From contig PDQT01000216.1 of the NCBI GenBank assembly GCA_002747875.1, forward strand, positions 1-41,282: DNA of 41,282 bases, in the 5' to 3' direction. Position 1 is the first letter of the stretch; each line of letters starts with the position of its first letter. The translations under genes were made by a program, and so were the position numbers. The notes beneath the pieces were generated by a model. That model saw nothing but the letters and a program-made list of their open reading frames with translations. It searched no databases and had not been told where the DNA came from. Origin of the DNA: a bacterium DOLZORAL124_64_63. Lineage in GTDB: Bacteria; Krumholzibacteriota; Krumholzibacteriia; LZORAL124-64-63. This document shows positions 9,760 through 19,268 of this stretch, piece by piece.

Positions 9760-12599
9760 CGCAGAAGCACCACCTTGCGCGTCACCACACGACCGGATCC
9801 TTCCAGTCGCAGAAAATAAGTTCCCGCGGCGGCACGGCGGCCGTCCGGGTCACAACCATCCCATATCAGTTGCTGGGATCCGGCCGACAGCTCCCGCGCG
9901 TGCAGAAGCCGGCCCCGCAGGTCGTAAACGCCCACGGTCGCGCCGCCGGGTCCGGGCCAGTCCACCTGAAAGCGCACCCCCGCCGATGTAGGATTGGGGT
10001 AGGGCTTTTCCAGGTACAGGATCGGGTCCGGCCCCCCGTCAGGATAGACGTAAACCGGACGCGAGACCACCGGTCCCATCTCCCCCTCGCCCAGCACCCG
10101 CAGAGTGTGGCGGCGATTGCCGTCCCAGGCCAGAGCCTGACGGATCTGTTCGGCCGGGGCCAGGTACGTCTGAGAACAACCCGCGGCGGCGGCGGAAATA
10201 CCGGGCAGGGAGCGGAAACGGCGCGCTTCGGCGTCAAACGTCTGGACTTGAAAAGCCGAGAGGGGTCCCTGGGCCTGGGGCCAATCCCACATCAGACCGG
10301 AACACTCCCCCGCCGCAGGTGTCCAGCGCAGCTGGAACGCGGCGGCGGTATCATCGGTCAGCCCTTCGATGCGCGCGATGAACCAGCCTCGGCCGGCATA
10401 CAGACCGTTGCTGGCAAAGTCCAGGACCAGGCGCCAGGGGCCGGGACGCTGGTCGGGAACCGGGAAACTGTCCACCCGCCACCGGGGACGGTGCTGGTCG
10501 TCCAAGACCATGAGCGAATCTCCCAGCGCCGAAATCCCGCGCAAGGGGTTGCTGCTGCCGGCGTGGATGACCCCGTCGGGACCTTCCAGGGAGGAGGCGG
10601 GGATGCGCTCTCCGGCGGCGTCCTGCCACCAGACGGTGGCGCCGTCCATCAGGACCCCGGCGCGGAGATACTCCACCTCGCAGGCATGGGTCAGGCGCAC
10701 CACCCGGATGGCCTGATCCAGGGGCGGGCTGATCAACACGGCGCGGCTGCTGTTGCCGTAGCGCACATCCGGCCAGTGGGCCGAGGTGTCGAAAGCTTCG
10801 GCCACGCAGGCCAGGACCGGGGTTCCGGCGGCCGTCAGGTAGGGTGCCGTGTTCCAGTGATACCAGCGGGTGCGGGTGTTGCCGGCCGGGAATTCCTGCG
10901 GCCAGGGCTGCCAGTCCATCGCCTGGATATCCAGGATGCCGCTCTCCGTTGCCCACTGGAAACGGAACAGGTGCTCCGGCAGGGACTGGCCATCGGCCTG
11001 GGGCTGCACCTGCAGCAGGGTCTCCGCGCCGGGTTGCGTCGCGCCGGGCGGGTTCAAGGTGGTTTCAGCCAGCAGGTTCGGGCTTCCGGCGTCTGCCTGG
11101 AAGACCAGGGTGGTCACGGGGGAACCGTCCGGGAAGGTTCCGCCTCCCGGCCCGCTGATGGCGATGGTCGCCACGAGGGAGTTGAAGGCCTGGCCGTGGG
11201 AGCGGGCCGTCAGCCGCAGGCGCGCCGTACCATCGTTCTCCAGGGTCACGCCCCCGGTCAGCTGCACGGCGGGGCCTTGGCTGGCGCCGGCGGTCAACCG
11301 GATGAGCCCGTCCTCCTGGCGGATGTTCTCCAGACGCACCAGGGAGGGCCCATGGTACCCCTGGCTGGAGGGCGCGCTGTCGGGCGTGAAGGCTGTCACG
11401 TTCAGGGTGCCGGGAAAGAGGTCGGCCGGGGAACCGTCGTCCTCCCCGGTTCTCAGACCATCGTCACCATCGGCCTCCACCACGCGCACCCGCAGATGGT
11501 AGCCCGAGGGCTCATCCTCCAGGATGTAGCCTTCGGGCACGGACTCATCCACGTGGGTGATCAGGAGCTGGTTGGCGACCAGAGCGGCGTCATAGGGGGC
11601 GGTGGCGGCGGGGGCGCGCGTTTCCAGGATGAAGAACTCCGTGTCGGGATCGCCGTGGGTCCAGATCCGGGGCACCAGGCCGCTTTCCCGCCAGGGCCGG
11701 ACGGCCACTTGCTGGGGATCGCTGTCGGGTAGGGTCTGGTACGTGGCCCAGCCCAGCTGCACGCAGTTGTAGGCGTCGGGCAAGGCGGGGTTGTCGCCCG
11801 CACCGGTGCCCCAGGCACCGCTGCTCATCAGGCTGAAACGCCCCAGCCCGCCCCGAGAACGCACGTCATCGGCACCGGCCGCCGGCTGCAGCAAGGGGTC
11901 GTAGCGGTCCTCCATGCCCAGCAGATGGCCCGTTTCGTGGGCCCAGATGCCCAGGCCGCTGCGCAGGGCGGCCACGGCGTAGGTGGTGGCCTGAACACCG
12001 TCATCCTCCACGGGCTCCTCCAGGAAGAACTGCAGGGGCTGGATCAGGCCCTCGAGGGTGTCGTTCTCCTGCCCGATGCCGGCGTGCAGGATGAGGACTC
12101 CGTCCACTTGACCATCGGCCCCCTGCCTGTCCAGCCGCCGGAATTCCACCCCGGCCGCCAGGGCCCCGGCCAAGCTTTCCCGGGCCAGCTTACGGGTGCG
12201 GGTGTAGCCGTGGTACCCCACGTCGGAGTACTGGCGCCTTTCTTCGGCCAGATGGACCAGCGGAGTCAGGGTCACCTGCAGATCCAGATTCTCCCGGGAG
12301 GCCACCCGATAGTAATGGGCCAGGGAGGGCCCCGCGGGATCATGGAGCCGGGGCAGGAGCCGGGTGCCGGGGTTCCAGTCCGCGGCCAGACGGGCGTCCG
12401 CGAAATCCACGGGGATGACCAGCAAGGCGAATTCTCCGGGAGCGCTCTTGTCCATCATATCCCGGCAGGAGGCGGCGCGCTGCCGGGCGCGTAGCTCCCG
12501 CAGGCGGGCCTGGTCATGATCCAGGCCCGGGGCGGCCGCTTGGGTGAGGCCGGGCCCGGCCAGGGTCATCAGCCAGAGAATGCAAATGGCGGCGCGCAT
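9756..12599 (-). CDS. Secreted M6 (immune inhibitor A-like) zinc metalloprotease with a T9SS-type / FlgD-Ig-like C-terminal sorting domain
   Basis: The real start is ATG 12599 (MRAAICILWLMTLAGPGLTQA signal peptide). The track ORF to 13019 adds 140 residues of low-complexity sequence that runs into purH. HExxH motif in WAHETGHLLGMEDRYD. The last ~85 aa are YPNPTSAGVRFQV...VGVYDLRGRLL...WDGCDPDGRRAAAGTYFLRLE...KVVLLR. Confidence 0.8.
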   Translation of the reverse strand: MRAAICILWLMTLAGPGLTQAAAPGLDHDQARLRELRARQRAASCRDMMDKSAPGEFALLVIPVDFADARLAADWNPGTRLLPRLHDPAGPSLAHYYRVASRENLDLQVTLTPLVHLAEERRQYSDVGYHGYTRTRKLARESLAGALAAGVEFRRLDRQGADGQVDGVLILHAGIGQENDTLEGLIQPLQFFLEEPVEDDGVQATTYAVAALRSGLGIWAHETGHLLGMEDRYDPLLQPAAGADDVRSRGGLGRFSLMSSGAWGTGAGDNPALPDAYNCVQLGWATYQTLPDSDPQQVAVRPWRESGLVPRIWTHGDPDTEFFILETRAPAATAPYDAALVANQLLITHVDESVPEGYILEDEPSGYHLRVRVVEADGDDGLRTGEDDGSPADLFPGTLNVTAFTPDSAPSSQGYHGPSLVRLENIRQEDGLIRLTAGASQGPAVQLTGGVTLENDGTARLRLTARSHGQAFNSLVATIAISGPGGGTFPDGSPVTTLVFQADAGSPNLLAETTLNPPGATQPGAETLLQVQPQADGQSLPEHLFRFQWATESGILDIQAMDWQPWPQEFPAGNTRTRWYHWNTAPYLTAAGTPVLACVAEAFDTSAHWPDVRYGNSSRAVLISPPLDQAIRVVRLTHACEVEYLRAGVLMDGATVWWQDAAGERIPASSLEGPDGVIHAGSSNPLRGISALGDSLMVLDDQHRPRWRVDSFPVPDQRPGPWRLVLDFASNGLYAGRGWFIARIEGLTDDTAAAFQLRWTPAAGECSGLMWDWPQAQGPLSAFQVQTFDAEARRFRSLPGISAAAAGCSQTYLAPAEQIRQALAWDGNRRHTLRVLGEGEMGPVVSRPVYVYPDGGPDPILYLEKPYPNPTSAGVRFQVDWPGPGGATVGVYDLRGRLLHARELSAGSQQLIWDGCDPDGRRAAAGTYFLRLEGSGRVVTRKVVLLR

Positions 12600-12697
12600 G
12601 GGGTTATCCGGTCGTTCTCCAGGGGGAAGATGAAAGGGCTCAGGCGTGGAATCCGGCCCACCGGGAAAAGTTCCTGGCGGGCCGGCCTCCCATGCCG

Positions 12698-14206
12698 TCA
12701 ATGGTTGAAATGCCGCCGGTCGGTCAAGATCAGGGTCACACCCAATTCCCGGGCTCGGGCGGCCACCTCTTCGTCCCGGATGCTGCCTCCCGGGGCGATG
12801 ATGGCCCGCGCGCCGGCTTCGGCCAGCTTCTCCACCCCGTCGGGGAAGGGGAAGAAACCGTCGCTGGCGGCCAGGCAGCCCCGCAGGTCCAGGTTCTGTG
12901 TCTCGGCCTTGAGGACAGCCAGCCGGGTGCTGTCCACCCGGCTCATCTGCCCGAAGCCCAGACCCAAGGTGGCGTTCAGATTGCCCAGCACAATGGCGTT
13001 GCTCTTGCCGTGCTTGCAAACCTTCCAGACCATTTCCAGAGCCCGGCGGGTTTCCGGATCGGGTTTTTCTCCGGCCACCAGCTTCCAGTGCTCCAGTTCC
13101 GGAAAACCCTCGTCCTCATCCTGACGCAGCACCAATTTCCCCCAGCCGCGGCTGCGTCCCCGGGTGGCGGCCAGGAAGCGCGGTTGGTCCACGGTCAGGA
13201 CCCGCACGTTCTGCTTGCGGGTCAGGCGGGCCAGGGCCTCGGCGGTGTAGCCGGGGGCCACGATGATTTCCAGGAACCGTTTGGCCAGGATCTCGGCCGT
13301 CTCCAGATCCAGTTCCGTGTTGAAGGCGAAGACCCCGCCGAAGGCGGAGACCGGATCGCAGAGCAGGGCCCTTTCCAGGCCCTTTCGGCCCGCCCCCAAC
13401 CCGAAACCGCAGGGGTTGGTGTGCTTGAGTATCCCACAGCAGGGCGTCGGGAAATCTCCCACCAGCTTCACGGCGGCCACCAGGTCCACGATGTTGTTGT
13501 AGGACAGGTCCTTGCCCCCATGCTGGACCACCCCCACGCCCGCCAGGCCGCCGGGCAGATCCAGGATGGCCTCCTGGTGCGGGTTCTCGCCGTACCGCAG
13601 CGTGGCCGCGCCGGCGTTCTCGCCGGCGAACCAGGTGCTGATGGCCTGGTCGTAGTCGGTCACCAGACGGAAGGTCGCGGCGGCCATGCGACGCCGGAAT
13701 GCCGCGCCGGGCACGCCGTTTCCTTGGGCCAACTCCCGGATCAGTTCCGGATAGTGGGCGGGATCGCTGACCACGGTCACGCGCTGGTGGTTCTTGGCCG
13801 CGGCCCGCAGCAGGGTGGGCCCACCGATATCGATCTTCTCGATGGCCTGGGCCTCATCGGCTCCTTCACCAATGGCCTCCTGGAACTGGTAGAGGTTGAC
13901 GATGACCACGTCGATGGGCTCGATGCCCAGCCCCTGGACCTCCGCGAAACTGTCCCGATCGGGCGCCAGGATGCCGCCTTGGATAATGGGGTGCAGGGTC
14001 TTGACCCGGCCGCCGAAGACCTCCGGGAAATCGGTTCTGGCGCTGACCTCGGTGACGGCCAGGCCCCGTTCAGCAAGGAAACGGGCGGTGCCGCCACTGG
14101 CCAGCAGGCCATAGTCATGGCTCAGTAGGGCCCGGGCCACGCTTTCCAGGCCACTCTTGTTCGTGACGCTCAGGAGCGCCCACTTCTCTACAGGTAGGCC
14201 TGCCAT
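12698..14206 (-). CDS. purH: Bifunctional AICAR transformylase / IMP cyclohydrolase PurH
   Basis: MAGLPVEKWALLSVTNKSGL...GGTARFL...KTLHPIIQGGIL...YGENPHQ...LSYNNIVD. ATG 14206 is chosen; upstream track residues are non-homologous. It overlaps the purC stop by 19 nt. Confidence 0.93.
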   Translation of the reverse strand: MAGLPVEKWALLSVTNKSGLESVARALLSHDYGLLASGGTARFLAERGLAVTEVSARTDFPEVFGGRVKTLHPIIQGGILAPDRDSFAEVQGLGIEPIDVVIVNLYQFQEAIGEGADEAQAIEKIDIGGPTLLRAAAKNHQRVTVVSDPAHYPELIRELAQGNGVPGAAFRRRMAAATFRLVTDYDQAISTWFAGENAGAATLRYGENPHQEAILDLPGGLAGVGVVQHGGKDLSYNNIVDLVAAVKLVGDFPTPCCGILKHTNPCGFGLGAGRKGLERALLCDPVSAFGGVFAFNTELDLETAEILAKRFLEIIVAPGYTAEALARLTRKQNVRVLTVDQPRFLAATRGRSRGWGKLVLRQDEDEGFPELEHWKLVAGEKPDPETRRALEMVWKVCKHGKSNAIVLGNLNATLGLGFGQMSRVDSTRLAVLKAETQNLDLRGCLAASDGFFPFPDGVEKLAEAGARAIIAPGGSIRDEEVAARARELGVTLILTDRRHFNH

Positions 14207-15093
14207 TTGGCCGCCTCCTGTGGGAAAAGAATCTCCAGCACCTGGCGGTAACGTTGGCTGGTGCGCTCCAGGATCTGGGCGGGGATGGCCGGCGGGGGCG
14301 GCTCGTGGTTCCAGTCCAGGGTCTCGAGATGGTTGCGCAGGATCTGCTTGTCCCAACTGCTGGGCTCACGACCGGGCTGGTGCTCGTCCGCGGGCCAGAA
14401 ACGGCTGCTGTCGGGGGTCAGCACCTCATCGATCAGCGCGATCCGTCCGTTGATCCGGCCGAACTCGAATTTGGTGTCCGCCAGGATGACACCGTGGGGT
14501 TCGGCGTATTCGCGGCCGCGGGTGTAGAGTTCAAGGCTGAGGTCCCGCAGTCGGGCGGCATCCTCCGGTCCGATCATCTCCTCCACCTTGGAGAAGGGGA
14601 TGTTTTCGTCGTGGCCCTCGTCTTCCTTGGTCGAGGGGGTGAACAGGGCCTTGGGCAGCTTCTGGGCCCGCTGCAGGCCCGTTGGAAGCGGCTGGCCGCA
14701 GATGGTGCCGTCCCGCTGGTAGCTTTTCCAGCCGCTGCCGGCAATGTAGCCGCGCACCACGCATTCCACATCGAAACGGTCCGCCTTGTGCACCAGCATG
14801 CTGCGGCCCGCCAGGGCGTCCACATGCTGATTGAACGGGGCCGGGTATCGCTTCACGTCGGCGGTGATGACGTGGTTGGGCACCTGGTCCGCGAAATGCT
14901 GGAACCAGGCCAGACTCATGACGTTGAGGACCACTCCACGGCCGGGGACGACATCGTTCATGATCACATCGAAGGCGCTGATACGGTCGGTGGCGACCAG
15001 GAGAAATTTGTCTCCCAGGTCGAACATATCCCGCACCTTGCCCTCGTAATCCGGGTTCAGACCCAGATCGCGGGTGCTGCGTAAGGCTCCCAT
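14188..15093 (-). CDS. purC: SAICAR synthetase PurC
   Basis: 301 aa from ATG 15093 (AAGGGAG RBS): YEGKVRDMFDLGDKFLLVATDRISAFD...GILADTKFEFG...LIDEVLTPDSSRFW. The 945-aa track ORF is an upstream read-through artefact antisense to comEC. Confidence 0.93.
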   Translation of the reverse strand: MGALRSTRDLGLNPDYEGKVRDMFDLGDKFLLVATDRISAFDVIMNDVVPGRGVVLNVMSLAWFQHFADQVPNHVITADVKRYPAPFNQHVDALAGRSMLVHKADRFDVECVVRGYIAGSGWKSYQRDGTICGQPLPTGLQRAQKLPKALFTPSTKEDEGHDENIPFSKVEEMIGPEDAARLRDLSLELYTRGREYAEPHGVILADTKFEFGRINGRIALIDEVLTPDSSRFWPADEHQPGREPSSWDKQILRNHLETLDWNHEPPPPAIPAQILERTSQRYRQVLEILFPQEAAKWQAYL

Positions 15094-15179
15094 GGCACTC
15101 CCTTGCGTTGGTTGGGCCGGGGATTTCCGACCGTGGAAAGCTGAGGTCGGGGGCATCTTAGGTCCGGCTTCCACGGGTG

Positions 15180-17690
15180 TCAAGGGAGCCTGTGCCAAGG
15201 GCCGCCTCGGGACCGCCAACGGCCTTGTCCGGCGCTGTTCCAGCGGAATTCCAGACTTCCATCCCGGTCCGTACGGCACACGGCCAGGGTGTCCGCTCCC
15301 ACCACGTAAGGCCCGTGGCTGGGGTGGCCGTACCGATTGCCCACCCCGCAGCTGATGACCACCAGACGGGGCCGGATCCGCTCCAGAAAGGCGGTGGTGC
15401 CGCTGGTGTGGCTGCCATGGTGCCCGGCCTTCCAGACCTGGGCGGCGGCAACCTGGTTTTCCGCCAGGAAGATGGCCTCTCCCCGGCCTTCCAGATCGCC
15501 GGTCCAGAGGTAACGCACCTTCCGGCCCTGGCGCAGGGCCACCACCATGGAATGGTCGTTCTCGTTGAGATGGGCCGGCAACGGCCGAACGGGATAGAGG
15601 ATGTCCAACTCCCACTCCCGCCAGCGATGGACCGGCAACGGCCAGATGCCGACCCGGGCGGAATCCGGCCGGGCTCTCCCGGAGCCGAGAACATGGAGAT
15701 CGGGGTCTTTGCTTCTCAGTGCCGGCACACCTCCGGTGTGGTCCTGATGCCCGTGGGAAAGGAGAACGGCATCCCAGGAACGGTGCCCCCAACGGGCCAA
15801 CCAAGGCAAGAGATCCCGTCGCATGGGGCTTTGCCGAAGGCCCTGCCGATCCCGCCAGCAGCCGCCGGTGTCGATCCACGCACTCCAGCCGTCGGGAAAC
15901 CGGACGAGGGCCGCGTCCCCTTGCCCCACGCTGAACTGCAGGACCCGCGGACCCCTGGGCCTGTCCACCAGACGCGGCCCGTAGGCCAAAGCGATCATCC
16001 CCAGACCCAGGGCCAAAGCGGCCCCGAGGGCAGCCACCGGAAGGCTTTGTCGGGCCCGCCGGGTCTGCAGGAAAGCGGCCGTCAGCAGGGACAGCCCCAC
16101 CCAACTGAGGACGGCGCCCGGTCCCGGACTGGGCAGCCCCAGCCCTCCGGTCCCCGCGACATTCCGGAAGGCCACGACGGCGGCCCACATTCCCCGCCAC
16201 AGGAGCCAGGCCCAAGCGGCCAGGCCGGGCCCCAACCAGGAAGGCAGCAACAGCCCCAGGACAGAGGCCCAGACCGCCAGGGAGAACAGGGGGATGGCCA
16301 CCAGATTGGCCAGCGGCGAATAGAGGCTGATCTGTCCGAATGACGCCGCCACCGCCGGCAGGGTGCCCCACTGGGCGGCCAGCCCCATTTGCAGGAGTTC
16401 GCCGACATGGCGGCCGATGCGTCCGCCCATGGCCAGTGCCGGGCCACGGATTCGCCCCCAAAGCAGAATGCTCCCCACCGCGCCATAGCTGAGCAGGACG
16501 CCCGTGTCCATGACCCGGGCCGGTTGCCAGAGGATATTCCCCCAATAGAGCAGCCCCAGCGCCTGCAGGCTGTCCACCCGGCGGCCCAGCGCCGGCCCCA
16601 GGGTGGCCAGCAGGGCCAGCCCGGCGGCGCGGACCACGCTGCCCGGCAACCCCGTCAACAGGATGTAGGGCGGCAGCAGGATCAGCAGCAGCGCCCAGCG
16701 CCCACCCGGAGAAAGGCCCAGGGAGCGGGCTGGAATCCACACCAGACCCAGCAGGACTCCCACATGCAACCCGCTGACGGCAAAGAGGTGAGCCAGCCCC
16801 AGCTGCCCGAAGAGCCGGGCCGTCCCGCGTGAGACGACGGTGCGCCGGCCCAGCAGGATGGCCCCGGCCAGTTCCCCTTCCGGCCCCGGCAGGAGATTTC
16901 GCAAACGGCGCGCCAGCTTCTCCCGGGTTTGCTCCAGGGCAGCGCGCAGCGGCAACCACCAGACGGTCGTGGACGTCAGCACCGTATCTTCCAAGGTAGC
17001 GTTCGGGAGGACCGCGCCCGCCCACTGGAGGTTGCGCCCGGCCAGATAACGGCGTTCCGAAAACATGCCGGGCAAGTCCTCGCCGCGGGGCACCCGGAAT
17101 CGGACCAGAGCCTGGTAGTGGTCGCCCGGTTGGGGTGGCGCCCCTGCGCCCCGCAGCAGGACACCTTCTCCCCGCCGCGGGGCTCTTGGCTCCAGGCGGG
17201 GATCCACGGCATCAACCGGCCGCCACCCCAGGATCCGTCCGGCGGCTTGCCAGCGCTCCTCGGGGCGCGGCTCGGCCCAGGATGTGATCCGGATCAGAGT
17301 CGTGCCGGTGAACTCCGTGAACCGCGAAGGGCCCCAGGCCGAGGGCGCATCCCGTTCGGGGCGGGTCAGCTGGGTCCGGGAGTGGATCAGGCCCTGCAAG
17401 GTGCCCAGCAGGACCAGGCTCAGGACCATGATCCCGGTCTGCCAGGCCTTTCGCGGGAACTTTAATAAAACAGGCCAAAGAATTGTGAGGTATATGATTG
17501 AGGTAAGTCCGGAGGTGGGCGCGGAGATGTCGGTATGCCCGGCCAGCCAGGCCCCCAGGTGAAAGCTCAAGGTGAAACCGAGCCCCCACAGGGGGGCCCA
17601 GAACCGCACCCAGAAAAGGCCGAAAGCGGTCAGTCCTCGCCGCGCGGTTTCAACTGGTAATGGTCTCCTTGGGGGTTCCAGAAGTGGCAT
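15180..17690 (-). CDS. comEC: DNA internalisation competence protein ComEC/Rec2 with C-terminal metallo-beta-lactamase domain
   Basis: N-terminal TM helices and an OB-like region, a polytopic competence domain, then VLLSHGHQDHTGG...AGHHGS. The start is uncertain: ATG 17690 overlaps the GGDEF gene by 61 nt and its first codons have poor G+C at third positions. Confidence 0.8.
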   Translation of the reverse strand: MPLLEPPRRPLPVETARRGLTAFGLFWVRFWAPLWGLGFTLSFHLGAWLAGHTDISAPTSGLTSIIYLTILWPVLLKFPRKAWQTGIMVLSLVLLGTLQGLIHSRTQLTRPERDAPSAWGPSRFTEFTGTTLIRITSWAEPRPEERWQAAGRILGWRPVDAVDPRLEPRAPRRGEGVLLRGAGAPPQPGDHYQALVRFRVPRGEDLPGMFSERRYLAGRNLQWAGAVLPNATLEDTVLTSTTVWWLPLRAALEQTREKLARRLRNLLPGPEGELAGAILLGRRTVVSRGTARLFGQLGLAHLFAVSGLHVGVLLGLVWIPARSLGLSPGGRWALLLILLPPYILLTGLPGSVVRAAGLALLATLGPALGRRVDSLQALGLLYWGNILWQPARVMDTGVLLSYGAVGSILLWGRIRGPALAMGGRIGRHVGELLQMGLAAQWGTLPAVAASFGQISLYSPLANLVAIPLFSLAVWASVLGLLLPSWLGPGLAAWAWLLWRGMWAAVVAFRNVAGTGGLGLPSPGPGAVLSWVGLSLLTAAFLQTRRARQSLPVAALGAALALGLGMIALAYGPRLVDRPRGPRVLQFSVGQGDAALVRFPDGWSAWIDTGGCWRDRQGLRQSPMRRDLLPWLARWGHRSWDAVLLSHGHQDHTGGVPALRSKDPDLHVLGSGRARPDSARVGIWPLPVHRWREWELDILYPVRPLPAHLNENDHSMVVALRQGRKVRYLWTGDLEGRGEAIFLAENQVAAAQVWKAGHHGSHTSGTTAFLERIRPRLVVISCGVGNRYGHPSHGPYVVGADTLAVCRTDRDGSLEFRWNSAGQGRWRSRGGPWHRLP

Positions 17691-19054
17691 TGGTTGCGGC
17701 CCAGGTCCTTGGAAAGAAAGAGCATGGCGTCCGCTTTGCGGTACAGTTCAAAGGCGTCCGCGCCCCCTGCGGGGAAGGTGGCCACTCCGAAGGAGCAGGT
17801 CACCGTCACCAACTCGGTCGTGCCCTGATGGATGATATCCTCGCGGAAGGGCGTGTTGACCAGCCGGCCCATCACCTCGCAGGCGGCTTCGGGATCGGTT
17901 TCCGGCAGGATGAGGGCGAATTCCTCCCCGCCGATGCGGCAGACGTGGTCGATACGCCGCAGTTCCTCTCGCATGCAGCGTGCCACCATCTTGAGGATCC
18001 GGTCCCCGTTGTGATGCTGGTACCGGTCATTGATGGCCTTGAAGTGGTCGATATCGCAGATGACCAGGGAAAGAGGCCGTTCCGCGCGCTGGGCGCGTTC
18101 CAGTTCCAGGGTGAACTGGCTGTCGAAAAAGGCCCGGTTGTAGACCCGAGTCAGGCTGTCGGTGTGGATGCGCTGGTTCACCTCCCGTTGGTGCTGCCAA
18201 CGGCGGGTGACAAAACTGCTGAGGCGCTTGGCCAGCCGCAACAGAGGCTTCTTTCCCCACCGTTCATGGGCTACCAGGAAAAGCAACCCGGCGGCGCTCC
18301 CTTTCTCATCCAGACTGGTACCCTCCAGGGGTTGGTACAACGGGACAGCCACGGCGGAAGCGAAGGTTCTTTGCCGGTCGGGGTCCGGGTAGCGCTGACG
18401 AATGAACCGGGGCAGTTCTTCGAGTGTGGGGATGTAGGCCGAGAAGGTGGGTTTGCGCAGACCGAGCCACCCGGAGGCTTGCTCCGCGGGGTCGATGTTG
18501 AAAACACGTCGGGGGCCTTCGGGCAGGATTTCGTCCCCAAAGAGAAGGACATAGAGGTCGAACTGGGGCGTGAAGCGTTCCAGCAGGCGCAGAATGCTGT
18601 CCAGGATGGTCCCCGTTTCTCCAGACTGGGGAAAACCGATTTCCAGATCCTGGGCGTGCTCCATGGCGCCCAGCATGCCCACGAAATCCACCAAGCTGTT
18701 GCTGGGCGGGGAGTCCGGAATCGCGGGCCGGGGCATGGGCGGTATCAGGTCCGACGCGGATGGCAGATCGATGGGTTCGGCCGTCGGCCGCAGGATGGCC
18801 AAATCCAGCAGGCGGTCCGTATCGCGGACCAGGAAATAGTCATGCCGGCCGTCACTCTGGCCCTCGATGGCCACCCGAAACAGCAGATTTTGTCGCTTCA
18901 GATCCGCCACCAGGGAACGAGCCAGGCTTTGCAGCCTATCGGCTTCATGGCCGGCAAGGGCTCGTTTGATGGCATACCGCAGTTGGGGAGCAGCCTTATC
19001 CAGTGGCAAGTCCTTGGTCAAGAGTTGCCGAATTTGTGTCGATCGATGCGCCAT
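17630..19054 (-). CDS. Diguanylate cyclase (GGDEF domain, GGEEF active site, RxxD I-site) with an unassigned ~290-aa N-terminal region
   Basis: LTRVYNRAFF...ICDIDHFKAINDRYQHHNGD...LRRIDHVCRIGGEEFALILPE. RRID lies 5 residues before GGEEF. GGAGG RBS before ATG 19054. Confidence 0.9.
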   Translation of the reverse strand: MAHRSTQIRQLLTKDLPLDKAAPQLRYAIKRALAGHEADRLQSLARSLVADLKRQNLLFRVAIEGQSDGRHDYFLVRDTDRLLDLAILRPTAEPIDLPSASDLIPPMPRPAIPDSPPSNSLVDFVGMLGAMEHAQDLEIGFPQSGETGTILDSILRLLERFTPQFDLYVLLFGDEILPEGPRRVFNIDPAEQASGWLGLRKPTFSAYIPTLEELPRFIRQRYPDPDRQRTFASAVAVPLYQPLEGTSLDEKGSAAGLLFLVAHERWGKKPLLRLAKRLSSFVTRRWQHQREVNQRIHTDSLTRVYNRAFFDSQFTLELERAQRAERPLSLVICDIDHFKAINDRYQHHNGDRILKMVARCMREELRRIDHVCRIGGEEFALILPETDPEAACEVMGRLVNTPFREDIIHQGTTELVTVTCSFGVATFPAGGADAFELYRKADAMLFLSKDLGRNQCHFWNPQGDHYQLKPRGED

Positions 19055-19095
19055 GGACCCTCCACGTCCTGAAAAAGCCGTATTTGAAAGAAATA

Positions 19096-19124
19096 ATTAT
19101 GACATAATGTAAGGAAATATGCAA
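19096..19124 (-). promoter_or_regulatory. Sigma-70-type promoter candidate for the GGDEF gene: TTGCAT-N17-CATAAT
   Basis: On the minus strand, -35 TTGCAT is at 19124..19119, the spacer is 17 nt and -10 CATAAT is at 19101..19096. This is ~40 nt upstream of ATG 19054, inside the only strongly AT-rich divergent intergenic region. Confidence 0.55.
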
Positions 19125-19268
19125 GACCAGACCTTGCTGTTTTGGCGTTGAATTTGCTAACTTCGATCGCCGGGAACCTCTGTGGGCTGCCGGGGTTTGC
19201 TGCGGTTGGCCCAGGTGGAAACGCTCTTCTCGCGACAGAAAAACCATCGCCTGTCGGCGGTTCCGAAA

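Noticed and set aside
12600-13019. A 140-residue N-terminal extension of the protease ORF (track start 13019).
   Set aside because: It overlaps the purH 3' end, is low-complexity, and precedes a textbook signal peptide that starts at ATG 12599.
15094-15179. Possible purine or ZTP (pfl) riboswitch in the 86-nt leader upstream of purC. Nested inverted repeats are present: CCGTGGAA...TTCCACGG and CCGACC...GGTCGG.
   Set aside because: I cannot find the conserved cores (for example the CCGCCUGGGC-type pseudoknot segment of ZTP, or the purine-riboswitch junction nucleotides), and the leader is short. The hairpins may just be a comEC-purC intercistronic structure. A covariance-model scan would settle it.
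15094-17025. The N-terminal ~640 residues of the 945-aa track ORF 14188..17025 that ends in PurC.
   Set aside because: The sequence is Arg/Pro/Gly-rich nonsense antisense or out of frame to comEC. PurC homology begins at ATG 15093, which has its own AAGGGAG RBS.
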